The notes under the pieces are model-generated. The model was not told the origin of the DNA. It worked only from the letters and a program-made list of their open reading frames with translations, and searched no databases. This document shows positions 53,822-62,246 of a DNA stretch of 64,000 nt, one piece after another (within the stretch, counting starts at the first letter, position 1; each line of letters opens with the position of its first letter). Source of the stretch: a phage. Where the stretch lies: the sequence record NC_100372.1; one strand, given 5' to 3'. Position numbers and translations under genes: made by a program.

Positions 53822-54155
53822 AGTAAAGGTTTTTACCGCTCGGAAGATAGAAATCTGTTACCTCATAAAATCCACAATCGTCGCACTCTCCCTCTTCAAA
53901 CTTGGCCTTAACCTTAATGCCGAGGAAGGTGAAAAGTTTATGGATATCTTCGGTCTCGAACTCCCAATTAATGTTGTTTTCCGCATCGGTGTAAAACTGG
54001 ATCAGTAGGCCATCATCCATTTTTCCAAAATATTCTGTGAAGTAGCTTCCTTCCCAGAAGTCTTTGTGACAAATAATATCCATGCGCTTGCCCATAATAA
54101 AGGTGTGGGCGTTTCGTGCATCGTCACGAATCAGTTTTGGCATTTCATAAATCAT
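53730..54155 (-). CDS. Hypothetical protein
   Basis: 141-aa ORF. Confidence 0.4.
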   Translation of the reverse strand: MIYEMPKLIRDDARNAHTFIMGKRMDIICHKDFWEGSYFTEYFGKMDDGLLIQFYTDAENNINWEFETEDIHKLFTFLGIKVKAKFEEGECDDCGFYEVTDFYLPSGKNLYYESHFGNSNMPQCWTEFFEIVEEELEYRDY

Positions 54156-54220
54156 CGTAGTTCTCCAGGATCAATAGGTGGTGCTACAGGAAGATCATAA
54201 AACATGGCGATCACATTCTC

Positions 54221-54418
54221 TTACGCAGGAATTGCTTCAAACAGGCCGTTATCGATACCATCCTTCAAGTAAAGATTATACTCTATGTCAGTATCTGTGT
54301 AAAGGGCAGCATCTAGCATTCTATCTGTGAGTCCATCCATTGGGTGGAGAAACCACCACCCACGCCAGTCAAAGTAACAACCTGGTGCATCTTCTCTCAC
54401 ACGGATTCGATAAATCAT
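54221..54418 (-). CDS. Hypothetical protein
   Basis: 65-aa ORF. Confidence 0.35.
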   Translation of the reverse strand: MIYRIRVREDAPGCYFDWRGWWFLHPMDGLTDRMLDAALYTDTDIEYNLYLKDGIDNGLFEAIPA

Positions 54419-54514
54419 GGGCAGTGGCCTCCTGTTAGTTACACATCCCAGTTTTCTTCGTTCATCACATCCTCCAGCTCAACAAGGTTATAATTGCACA
54501 CCTTACAACCCGTG

Positions 54515-54931
54515 TCAACAGAAAACTTCAACAAATTCTTCCACAGTTTTAATGTCATGGGAAAAAGGTTTGCGGCTATAACGGGCAATAGCACTGTCAA
54601 CCACCGCCCGGTACTCCAAATCTTCAGAATATTTCATGAAGCATTGCAACGTCTCTGGACAGATAGCCAGATAGCTCCACCACCCCTCTTCAGATTGGTA
54701 GTCAAATCCCATACTCTCTAGCCACGAAGCGTATACACCTGCACCTTCCAGCCAGTGAGTATTTTCATCAAGAAACTTGTTCACAGTCATGTGAGCTTCT
54801 AAGCATTTATCCAGCTCTTTTCCGTTAACCAGCCACGCACTGACAGTGGCGCATCCAAGATCCACAGATTGAGCTGATAGATTGTATTGGTCATAGTTCT
54901 CAGGTTTAACAATGATATCTTCTAATGTCAT
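54515..54931 (-). CDS. Hypothetical protein
   Basis: 138-aa ORF. Confidence 0.4.
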   Translation of the reverse strand: MTLEDIIVKPENYDQYNLSAQSVDLGCATVSAWLVNGKELDKCLEAHMTVNKFLDENTHWLEGAGVYASWLESMGFDYQSEEGWWSYLAICPETLQCFMKYSEDLEYRAVVDSAIARYSRKPFSHDIKTVEEFVEVFC

Positions 54932-54993
54932 TTTTCAGTCCTCTATATACAAAAATGCCCCACCCTTTCGGGTAGGGCTATGTTAACTAGATG

Positions 54994-56220
54994 TTAAAAA
55001 GGTATGTCATCATCAAAGGCGTACTGTGCCGGATTCTGATCCATCGGGTCGTCTTCCGCATCATCTACAGGAGGAGCGTCTACAGTGTTTTGCTGTGGGG
55101 CGGCTTCCTGTTTGGCAGCTTGAGGCTCTTGATGGTCAGTGGCTCCAGCACCGTTCTTGATCCAATCATACAACGGTTCAGCAAGATTAGTCAAGACATC
55201 TTTTGCCTCTGCAGTAATTGCTACTGCAAAATCATCAACTTTCGTTTTCTTGTCAATACGGCGACAAGCGTTCAATACCGCATTACCAACACTGGCACCT
55301 ACTTCATCTTCAGTTCGGTTAGTGGCTTGAGCGTACTCTTTCTTAAGCTCGATGGTGACCACGTGCAGTGTTTTAGCCACATCTAAAGGGCTGTCAATCT
55401 TAAACCCGCGATCCAGGATGATCTGCAATGCATTGATACTGTGCCCTGTCTCTACACCGATGGGGTCGTAAGAGGATTTACGCTTACCACCAGAACCTTG
55501 TGTACCGTTCTCTGCTTTAGGCGGGTAGGCCTTGAAGCCGCTGATAATATTCCCGGTGTCTTTGTCAACAATAGCTGCAACACGACCACCTACCACCAGG
55601 TCTTTAAGCTGCTCATCAGAGACAACCATAGCACCTTCACCAATCTTGTGATCATTGACAGTAACCACGTTGCCAACAATCTGAGTCACATCGCCATAGA
55701 TGCGTAAAACGTCCTGATTGGCATTCTGCTGAGGTTTCTGCTTCTGGCCTTGTGATTGTGCACCTTGTTGCTGTTTTTGCTGCTGAGTCGCTGCTGGAGC
55801 CTCTCCTGCACCCAGCTTGACCATCTTAGCCAGGGAGCCTTTGTAATAGGTCTTACCGTTATGCTCGTTTGCCTTCAAAGGGATATTTACGATCCATCCT
55901 GGCGTTACAGTTTCCCACTTGTCATCAATTTTAACAGAGACAGAGTCTTGATGACCCGGTTTAAGCAGCTTATCACCCATACTGATCCAAACTTCTTCAC
56001 CACCTTGAAGCAGGTTATCAGAGGAATCCAGTTCAGAAATCAGTAAAGAGATGGTGTGGCTGGATTCAATTTTCTTACCTTGCCACACAGTGGTTTTAAT
56101 ACCTGTTGTAGGATCAGCACCTTTGATAGGCTTGATGCTGACACGTTTAATCATGCCGTGAGCCAGTAAAACAGTTTCACGCGGATTCATCGGGTTAGCG
56201 AATTGTTGAATAACGCTCAT
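54994..56220 (-). CDS. SSB-like protein with bacterial SSB C-terminal tip
   Basis: C-terminus ...DDPMDQNPAQYAFDDDIPF matches the E. coli SSB tail (...MDFDDDIPF); Gln/Gly-rich linker; 408 aa; the N-terminal region is not obviously a canonical SSB OB fold. Confidence 0.55.
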   Translation of the reverse strand: MSVIQQFANPMNPRETVLLAHGMIKRVSIKPIKGADPTTGIKTTVWQGKKIESSHTISLLISELDSSDNLLQGGEEVWISMGDKLLKPGHQDSVSVKIDDKWETVTPGWIVNIPLKANEHNGKTYYKGSLAKMVKLGAGEAPAATQQQKQQQGAQSQGQKQKPQQNANQDVLRIYGDVTQIVGNVVTVNDHKIGEGAMVVSDEQLKDLVVGGRVAAIVDKDTGNIISGFKAYPPKAENGTQGSGGKRKSSYDPIGVETGHSINALQIILDRGFKIDSPLDVAKTLHVVTIELKKEYAQATNRTEDEVGASVGNAVLNACRRIDKKTKVDDFAVAITAEAKDVLTNLAEPLYDWIKNGAGATDHQEPQAAKQEAAPQQNTVDAPPVDDAEDDPMDQNPAQYAFDDDIPF

Positions 56221-56585
56221 TATTTATCTCCTTGTTCTTCGTTAGTGTTTGCCGTGTGTGCAAACCCTGCTTGAATTAATTTGTCCTGAACTTGAGCCAA
56301 CAGGCCCATTGCAAAACTTGTGGTCCCAGAGAGGGCCATCAGCATATCTCGTTGTTGAGCTACCCAACCTAAGGCATAGTCCAAACGACGATATTTTTCT
56401 TCTTCACGCAGAGCCTGGAATAATTGTTCAGCCTCTGGCTGTTGTGTAAGCTCCTGAAGTCTTCCCATGAAAGAAGAAAGCACTAGCAGAAGAGACACTT
56501 GATCTTTACTTAACCCTAAGAAAAATTCTTGAGGTTGTTCTTGCTCGTTCATCGCAACCGACGCTTGATCGTTCATTTGTTCCAT
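56220..56585 (-). CDS. Hypothetical protein
   Basis: Start trimmed to MEQMNDQAS with a GGAGA RBS; stop overlaps the SSB-like start. Confidence 0.4.
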   Translation of the reverse strand: MEQMNDQASVAMNEQEQPQEFFLGLSKDQVSLLLVLSSFMGRLQELTQQPEAEQLFQALREEEKYRRLDYALGWVAQQRDMLMALSGTTSFAMGLLAQVQDKLIQAGFAHTANTNEEQGDK

Positions 56586-56668
56586 TATGGAATCTCCGAT
56601 TTTATTTGAACAACATAGAAGGAGACACCATTTTAGCATCTCCTTCTGCAAATTACAACAGGTATTTG

Positions 56669-56914
56669 TTAGCCAATTACTTCGAAAGTACCCCAACTCC
56701 CGTTCAGCAGGCAGGTGATCGGATCACCATCATCGTCAATTATTTCAAAGTTTTCAACATCCAGAATATGGTCATCGAACACAATGCTCTTATCGCCACC
56801 ACCAGAAATAACAGCGTATTCCTTACCTTGTGTTAGGTTCTGGCAACCTTTGCCGCCGAAACCAACTTCAACACAACGTACTTTCTGTCCTGCGCGAGCA
56901 ACTACTCCAGCCAT
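56669..56914 (-). CDS. Hypothetical protein
   Basis: 81-aa ORF. Confidence 0.4.
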   Translation of the reverse strand: MAGVVARAGQKVRCVEVGFGGKGCQNLTQGKEYAVISGGGDKSIVFDDHILDVENFEIIDDDGDPITCLLNGSWGTFEVIG

Positions 56915-56931
56915 CTTAAGGTCTCCTGATA

Positions 56932-57252
56932 TTAATCGTCAAGTTCAAAATAGATTTTAACAGCTTCATCAAAGATTGGAATCCCGATGTTGTTGATAAG
57001 CTGCCAAACTACCATATCTTTTCCTGGATCTGGGAGAATGTCAACCTTTCTCCATGCGCTGTATATCCAGTTCGGACCGCCTTCTGCACTAACTGGTAGA
57101 TTTTCACCAGCTTCTTGTAAATACTTATACAGCAAAAGGTATTCTGGGTACTCTAGAACACTGTCCTCTGTAGTATATAGCAGTTCACGGTATACTTTCA
57201 AGAATCCTGTTGGGTTGATGTTTTCAGTCTTCATTTGCTGCTTCTCCTGCAT
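56932..57252 (-). CDS. Hypothetical protein
   Basis: 106-aa ORF. Confidence 0.4.
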   Translation of the reverse strand: MQEKQQMKTENINPTGFLKVYRELLYTTEDSVLEYPEYLLLYKYLQEAGENLPVSAEGGPNWIYSAWRKVDILPDPGKDMVVWQLINNIGIPIFDEAVKIYFELDD

Positions 57253-57628
57253 TCATCAGATCTGCCATAGCGTCACCAACGAAGAGGACAACCACGTCGT
57301 TGACAGCGTCAGCATCATCTTTATTGATGTTGCTGAATTTGGGGCACACTGCAATGACCATATAGACCCCGTTGCCCAACTGAACAGTGCGTGTAGTGCA
57401 CATTAGTGTGGTGCTTGTGCCTTCTTTAAAGGCAAATCCTTGCAGACGTTCTTCCAGAGAGTCACCTGTGGATTTCAACAAGGCAAGATCGCCCAATGCG
57501 TAGGTAGTGTCCTCATAGGTCAGTCCAGAGGTCAATGTTGCCTTTCCATCAGAAACTATAATAACCCCATCGGCACCGTCAAGCTCAGAGGCTTCAAAGA
57601 TATTAATATCCCAAATGTTTTTCATCAC
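57224..57628 (-). CDS. Hypothetical protein
   Basis: 134-aa ORF. Confidence 0.4.
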   Translation of the reverse strand: MMKNIWDINIFEASELDGADGVIIVSDGKATLTSGLTYEDTTYALGDLALLKSTGDSLEERLQGFAFKEGTSTTLMCTTRTVQLGNGVYMVIAVCPKFSNINKDDADAVNDVVVLFVGDAMADLMNAGEAANED

Positions 57629-57945
57629 GCTTCCTCGTCATCTAATGAGTTGAAGATTTCACCGAAGTATTCTAAGACTTCCAGCTCACGGGTGGTGCAG
57701 AAAACACAGTCCCCGTTGTCATCTTCGATAACGGCCTCTTTACCAAGAACATCCACTTCAAATTCGTCGTTTAACAGAACGGAACCTGTGTAAACTTTAT
57801 CTGCCGTGCAGTCCCGAAAAGCAGAGTCCTTCTCCAAGTAGTCTGGCTTAACCTTGGCTTTAATTCGTTGATATTGTTTGGTCATTGCTGTGGTCCCCTT
57901 TCGTTTTGATAGGGCCATTATATTAGGCCCTATCGCTATTGTCAA
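57625..57945 (-). CDS. Hypothetical protein, paralog family C
   Basis: AFRDCTADKVYTGS...DDNGDCVFCTTRELEV; paralogous to 57949-58203. Confidence 0.4.
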   Translation of the reverse strand: MTIAIGPNIMALSKRKGTTAMTKQYQRIKAKVKPDYLEKDSAFRDCTADKVYTGSVLLNDEFEVDVLGKEAVIEDDNGDCVFCTTRELEVLEYFGEIFNSLDDEEA

Positions 57946-57948
57946 GTA

Positions 57949-58203
57949 TTAATGCTCAGGTTTTACAAAAACTACTTCGTTAACAGTGCACCAGACAGAA
58001 TCTCCTTCATCATCTTTAAAGGTAAGACACTGGGCTGAGTTTTCCAACTCATCGAGCTCTTCTTGTGATAAATAGGTCCCTTCTTCCAGAAGAGCTTTTA
58101 CCAGAGGGTTCTCACAAAACTCTGCTTCATAAACTGTACCGATTGTGCAATCTTTAAAAGCTCGGTCATTTGCAACGCACTCTGGCTTCAAAGTGATTTT
58201 CAT
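57949..58203 (-). CDS. Hypothetical protein, paralog family C
   Basis: AFKDCTIGTVYEAE...DDEGDSVWCTVNEVVFV. Confidence 0.4.
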   Translation of the reverse strand: MKITLKPECVANDRAFKDCTIGTVYEAEFCENPLVKALLEEGTYLSQEELDELENSAQCLTFKDDEGDSVWCTVNEVVFVKPEH

Positions 58204-58279
58204 TTTAGCAGTCTCCTCAATTATTTAAAAATCAACTCTCTGTTTGTGTGGAGCATCTTATATCCAATCTTACTTCTTG

Positions 58280-58678
58280 TCAATGACTATTTTCAATCAT
58301 CCACACAGGGTCGAGGTAAATTTGTTGGCGTTTTGCCCAATGACAAACTTCATTGTACATCTGAATCTCTTTGTCTGTCAATTCACGAATAGGCTCATCT
58401 ATACCCTCATTTTTGTGGTAATCCCAGTCGGCATCGATTTCCCACAACCATGACTTACGATCTTCACGCTTACGCACACAAAAGTCCCCAGGACGGCCTG
58501 CCAGTGCATTTAAGAACTCGTTCTCCGCTCGCTCCTGAAGAATACTAAGGAGCAAAACGTTGGAGCATGACCGTAAAATATGCTTCAGCTCACAATCATC
58601 AATCTCAACTTCAATACGTTGCTTGACTGTGTGGGTACCTTTTACTAACATTCTACCTCCTCTATACAAACTCTGCAA
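58280..58678 (-). CDS. Hypothetical protein
   Basis: 132-aa ORF. Confidence 0.4.
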   Translation of the reverse strand: MQSLYRGGRMLVKGTHTVKQRIEVEIDDCELKHILRSCSNVLLLSILQERAENEFLNALAGRPGDFCVRKREDRKSWLWEIDADWDYHKNEGIDEPIRELTDKEIQMYNEVCHWAKRQQIYLDPVWMIENSH

Positions 58679-58856
58679 GGGTTGTGTTGTTCACCGCACC
58701 ACAGTAGATGGAATATCCCAACCCATTATGGTGCAGAAACCACGGCACACCTTGGTCATCCTTCACGTATACATCTCCATTTTCCGTGAAGGGCCAATAC
58801 TCTTCCCCAAGGGTAAAATACCTACTCATACCTTCAGCCAGATACTTTACTTTCAT
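58662..58856 (-). CDS. Hypothetical protein, paralog family D
   Basis: FTLGEEYWPF...DDQGVPWFLHHNGLGYSIY. Confidence 0.4.
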   Translation of the reverse strand: MKVKYLAEGMSRYFTLGEEYWPFTENGDVYVKDDQGVPWFLHHNGLGYSIYCGAVNNTTLAEFV

Positions 58857-59080
58857 AGATCCTCTTCAACAACTACAAACTTGGCAAGTAGGGTGGTCCC
58901 ATAGATATGATACTCACCATTTGCCAGATGGGAGATATACCAGGAGATACCGTCCTCGTCTTCGATCATATTGTTCCTGCGATCCTTATCGTAATAAACC
59001 TTGTAGACCTTACCTTCTTCAAAGAATGACAGGTCTGTCATCTTTTCTTCTACAAATGTAGCTTTAACCAAAGTTGTCAT
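58853..59080 (-). CDS. Hypothetical protein, paralog family D
   Basis: FFEEGKVYKVYY...EDEDGISWYISHLANGEYHIY. Confidence 0.4.
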   Translation of the reverse strand: MTTLVKATFVEEKMTDLSFFEEGKVYKVYYDKDRRNNMIEDEDGISWYISHLANGEYHIYGTTLLAKFVVVEEDL

Positions 59081-59451
59081 TGATCTGTCTCCTTCTTGTT
59101 GAGCCGGAACACTGCAATAATAGCATTTCCAAGATGCAGTGTCAAATCATTCCCCAGATACCATAACATTCCACGGTCATCTTTGATGAAAGGATAACAA
59201 TCCGGTGCTTTCCAGACATTATACACTTTGCCGACCTGAAAGAAATCAGGCCCTGTTGGAATTTTAGTACCGGGCCACACTTGAGACACCTGAACGCACT
59301 CTACCTGCATAATGACAGGGATAGTCATAGAAGTAAATGTTTTTGTTGGTTCTACTACCATAAAAGTCTCCTCTCTGTCTAACAACACTTCCGTGTGTTG
59401 ATAGTTTACATTAGTGACAATCGCCCCAGTTACGACCGCACAAGTATTCAC
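59077..59451 (-). CDS. Hypothetical protein, paralog family D with N-terminal extension
   Basis: FFQVGKVYNVW...DDRGMLWYLGNDLTLHLGN; the longest ORF overlaps the polymerase 3' end by 41 nt, so the true start may be internal (for example MVVEPTKTF). Confidence 0.35.
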   Translation of the reverse strand: MNTCAVVTGAIVTNVNYQHTEVLLDREETFMVVEPTKTFTSMTIPVIMQVECVQVSQVWPGTKIPTGPDFFQVGKVYNVWKAPDCYPFIKDDRGMLWYLGNDLTLHLGNAIIAVFRLNKKETDQ

Positions 59452-62188
59452 CTGTGATCTGGAACGGAACGCCCATCATTTTAGAAGCCTGCCAGAAGCA
59501 ATGCACCACCATTTCGCCCACAGGGCTCCAGATAAGTTCAAGCTTTCCGTCATCGTTCAAGATAGGATCGTATACCGTATTTCCGTCCTTGTCAACCACT
59601 TCGTTTCCGTCCTCATTTTTGCGTGCCTTTTTGTACTTATGACCGTCGAACACATGAAGTTTAGCCTCTTGTTGGGCTTTAAATGTTTCCAGCTCTTCAA
59701 TTGTGTCGAAGGTGTATACAGTTTTATACTTAGGGGTGTCAGGCACTTGAAGCTGATATTCGTCATGGTAATAAATAATACGACGAACACCTTCATCATA
59801 CCATCCACGCTTCACCATTTGGTGGTGCATGAGGATTCCGACCAAGTCGCACAACGATGCACCGCCATTTTGCTGATATGCATTAAGCAAAGAGTGTTTA
59901 GAGCGGGTCCAAATGGCATGCCCGTCAAAAGAGTAGATAAATTTCTTACCTGTTGCTTCCCAGAATTTCTCCAGATCCTCTTTGCGCCCCTTAAGACCTG
60001 GGTTGGCATCCCAGAGAGCATCAATTACTCTCTGCCCCAGTTCTGGAGAGATATCCAGCATATCTGCAACTTTATCTTTTTGTGCCCCATACATAACCCC
60101 ATACGTGATAGGTTTACCATCGTTACGAGACACCTCTCTACCTGCTACTTTTGTATATGCCTCAGCATTGTTTTGGTGCGCGTCCCCGTTACTTACAACA
60201 TCATAATACAGACCGTTGTCAAACTCAAAGGCACCCCAGGCCCCGATGAGCTGCTCTAAGTTGGACCCGTCAATACCGATCTCAAAGTATCCAGGAGGAA
60301 CACCCCACAGACTACGCATCTCTTTACCCATAACCACTTTAGGAGATGGTTTAGGCATGTTTGCACAAATACTATGTTTCTGTCTGGAAGTGTTTGTTAA
60401 TCCAGAACTTTTAGCAGGAAGCTTGTGGTCAATCTTCAAACGTGGATGATTAAGAAGACCAGTATCTACCTTATCTTCCTTGATTGGATCAAGGACCGAT
60501 CTGCGGTTTCGCAATGATAACCACAAAACGATATCTTTAGCCATCTCTCCGTTCAATTTTTCAAGATTCGGGCACAGGTGTCCAAACGTATCTTTCAGTT
60601 GCGGAGAAGTAATAAGCGCTCTGGCTTTTCTACGTATCTTCCCAAACACTTCCTTTTTAATCCTTTCTGAGTTAGGGAAGCTTCGGAACTTGTGCACGGT
60701 TGTCTGGAACTTAGCATCGGTTTTGTTCCAGAAGTTGATAATCAGGTCACAATACTCTGACTCTAAAAGCTCGTCCATATATGCATATACTCGTGCATCA
60801 ACATCTGCATCAGGTAGAGCTTTCTTCTTGCTGTCTTTAGTTACATCCTTAGTTCTCCACATTGTCGGAAGCCAACCAGCACTGATCAGGTATCGCTTAA
60901 TGTCGTCCTGGTTGCTGATTTTCATAGGTATCTTGCAGTCCGGCATTCGCTTCTGCTGTAGATCACTTATTGCCTGATCCATTAGCTCTTTAGGTAAAGG
61001 TTGTGGTGTGGAGGTGCCCTTAATATAGCCTCTCAAGAAATCAGCCATCTTATCGGGGTCTTTGCAGCCCATCTCTTCACACCATTTTATCCCCATCTTG
61101 CTGACATCTCCTGTGGAGGTAAATGCTCGCTTAGGCGGGGCTTTGAACTCTAAAGCGCTCATGTCCACAGGATAGCCAAGCTTATCTTTTAACCATTTCC
61201 AACCATTATTGGAGATTGTCCCATCTTGGTTAAACGGCTTTTCAGGGAACTTGGGCCGCTGAGACATTGACAACTCTTTTAAAGGAAGTTGAGGTTCAAC
61301 ACGATCAGCGATCTCTTTCATCCACGCATCGCAACGGTCCCGTAAAGCAATAGCCCCATCTATGTCGAAATACACCCCCTGTCGAGCCTGCAGCTCCATC
61401 AGAAAGTGCTGTAACATGCCTCGGCGTAATGCGTTCTTCCAGGTGATTTTCTTGAAGCCTTTCGGCTTCTCTTTGGCAGGATCGTACATAAAGTTCTGCA
61501 TGTCAGATTTGCCGTAGAATACACCTTTTGATTCCGCTACCAACTCCTTCCAGAGCAACTCCTGGATGATAACGTCCTCGAACACACGATCCACATACTT
61601 CCACAGAGGAAGCTCACGCCAGTCATCGATTTGAACTTTCTGGTTACCAAGGGCATAGCCCCATGCCATAAGGCCATGAGGTCCAACAGGTTGCATTTTC
61701 TTGGTAACTGGATTAAATACTGCGTCCGGACAACCTTTTGGCAAAGGGCGGTCAGGCCACAAGATTCGACTCATTGCTAACGTATCGAACAGATTAACCT
61801 GGTGGTCGTTGATAGTCCCCATGCATTTAGGATCACGGAACATATCAAAATGAATACCGGATAATCTCTCCATCAGCATAAAGTCGTAGCTGTAGCAGTT
61901 ATGACAGTTCAAAGCTGTAGGTGACCAGTCTGAGTTGCCTGTAAGCCAGCCTTCCAACTCTGAAAAATCTGCTATGCGAGCCTCAAAATCTGTATAAAGG
62001 GTCTTCTTTGCCAGAATGAAGTTCTTAGCTTTCTCCACATCCTCTTCAGAGTAGTGTGTGCGGTCATTTAGAGGAAGGAACAGCATAAAACGGTTCTTAT
62101 TCAGCTCTTTAAACAAACCGCAGTGATAATAAAGATCTGGGTCTTCCAGCAGGCCAGAGGCCTCAAAATCGAACGACCACATGCTCAT
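59411..62188 (-). CDS. Family A DNA polymerase with 3'-5' exonuclease domain
   Basis: Exo I FDFEASGL, Exo II HNCYSYDFMLM, motif B-like KPITYGVMYGAQ, motif C IIYYHDEYQL; 925 aa. Confidence 0.9.
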   Translation of the reverse strand: MSMWSFDFEASGLLEDPDLYYHCGLFKELNKNRFMLFLPLNDRTHYSEEDVEKAKNFILAKKTLYTDFEARIADFSELEGWLTGNSDWSPTALNCHNCYSYDFMLMERLSGIHFDMFRDPKCMGTINDHQVNLFDTLAMSRILWPDRPLPKGCPDAVFNPVTKKMQPVGPHGLMAWGYALGNQKVQIDDWRELPLWKYVDRVFEDVIIQELLWKELVAESKGVFYGKSDMQNFMYDPAKEKPKGFKKITWKNALRRGMLQHFLMELQARQGVYFDIDGAIALRDRCDAWMKEIADRVEPQLPLKELSMSQRPKFPEKPFNQDGTISNNGWKWLKDKLGYPVDMSALEFKAPPKRAFTSTGDVSKMGIKWCEEMGCKDPDKMADFLRGYIKGTSTPQPLPKELMDQAISDLQQKRMPDCKIPMKISNQDDIKRYLISAGWLPTMWRTKDVTKDSKKKALPDADVDARVYAYMDELLESEYCDLIINFWNKTDAKFQTTVHKFRSFPNSERIKKEVFGKIRRKARALITSPQLKDTFGHLCPNLEKLNGEMAKDIVLWLSLRNRRSVLDPIKEDKVDTGLLNHPRLKIDHKLPAKSSGLTNTSRQKHSICANMPKPSPKVVMGKEMRSLWGVPPGYFEIGIDGSNLEQLIGAWGAFEFDNGLYYDVVSNGDAHQNNAEAYTKVAGREVSRNDGKPITYGVMYGAQKDKVADMLDISPELGQRVIDALWDANPGLKGRKEDLEKFWEATGKKFIYSFDGHAIWTRSKHSLLNAYQQNGGASLCDLVGILMHHQMVKRGWYDEGVRRIIYYHDEYQLQVPDTPKYKTVYTFDTIEELETFKAQQEAKLHVFDGHKYKKARKNEDGNEVVDKDGNTVYDPILNDDGKLELIWSPVGEMVVHCFWQASKMMGVPFQITGEYLCGRNWGDCH

Positions 62189-62246
62189 ATACAGTTCTCC
62201 TTAAAGGGGAGGCGGTTGTACTACCCCTCCCACTCTTGGTTAAACA

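Noticed and set aside
62189-62246. Terminator between the primase-helicase and polymerase genes (GGGAGG...CCTCCC hairpin)
   Set aside because: On the transcribed minus strand the hairpin is followed directly by the polymerase RBS and not by a U-run; more likely a leader structure than a terminator.
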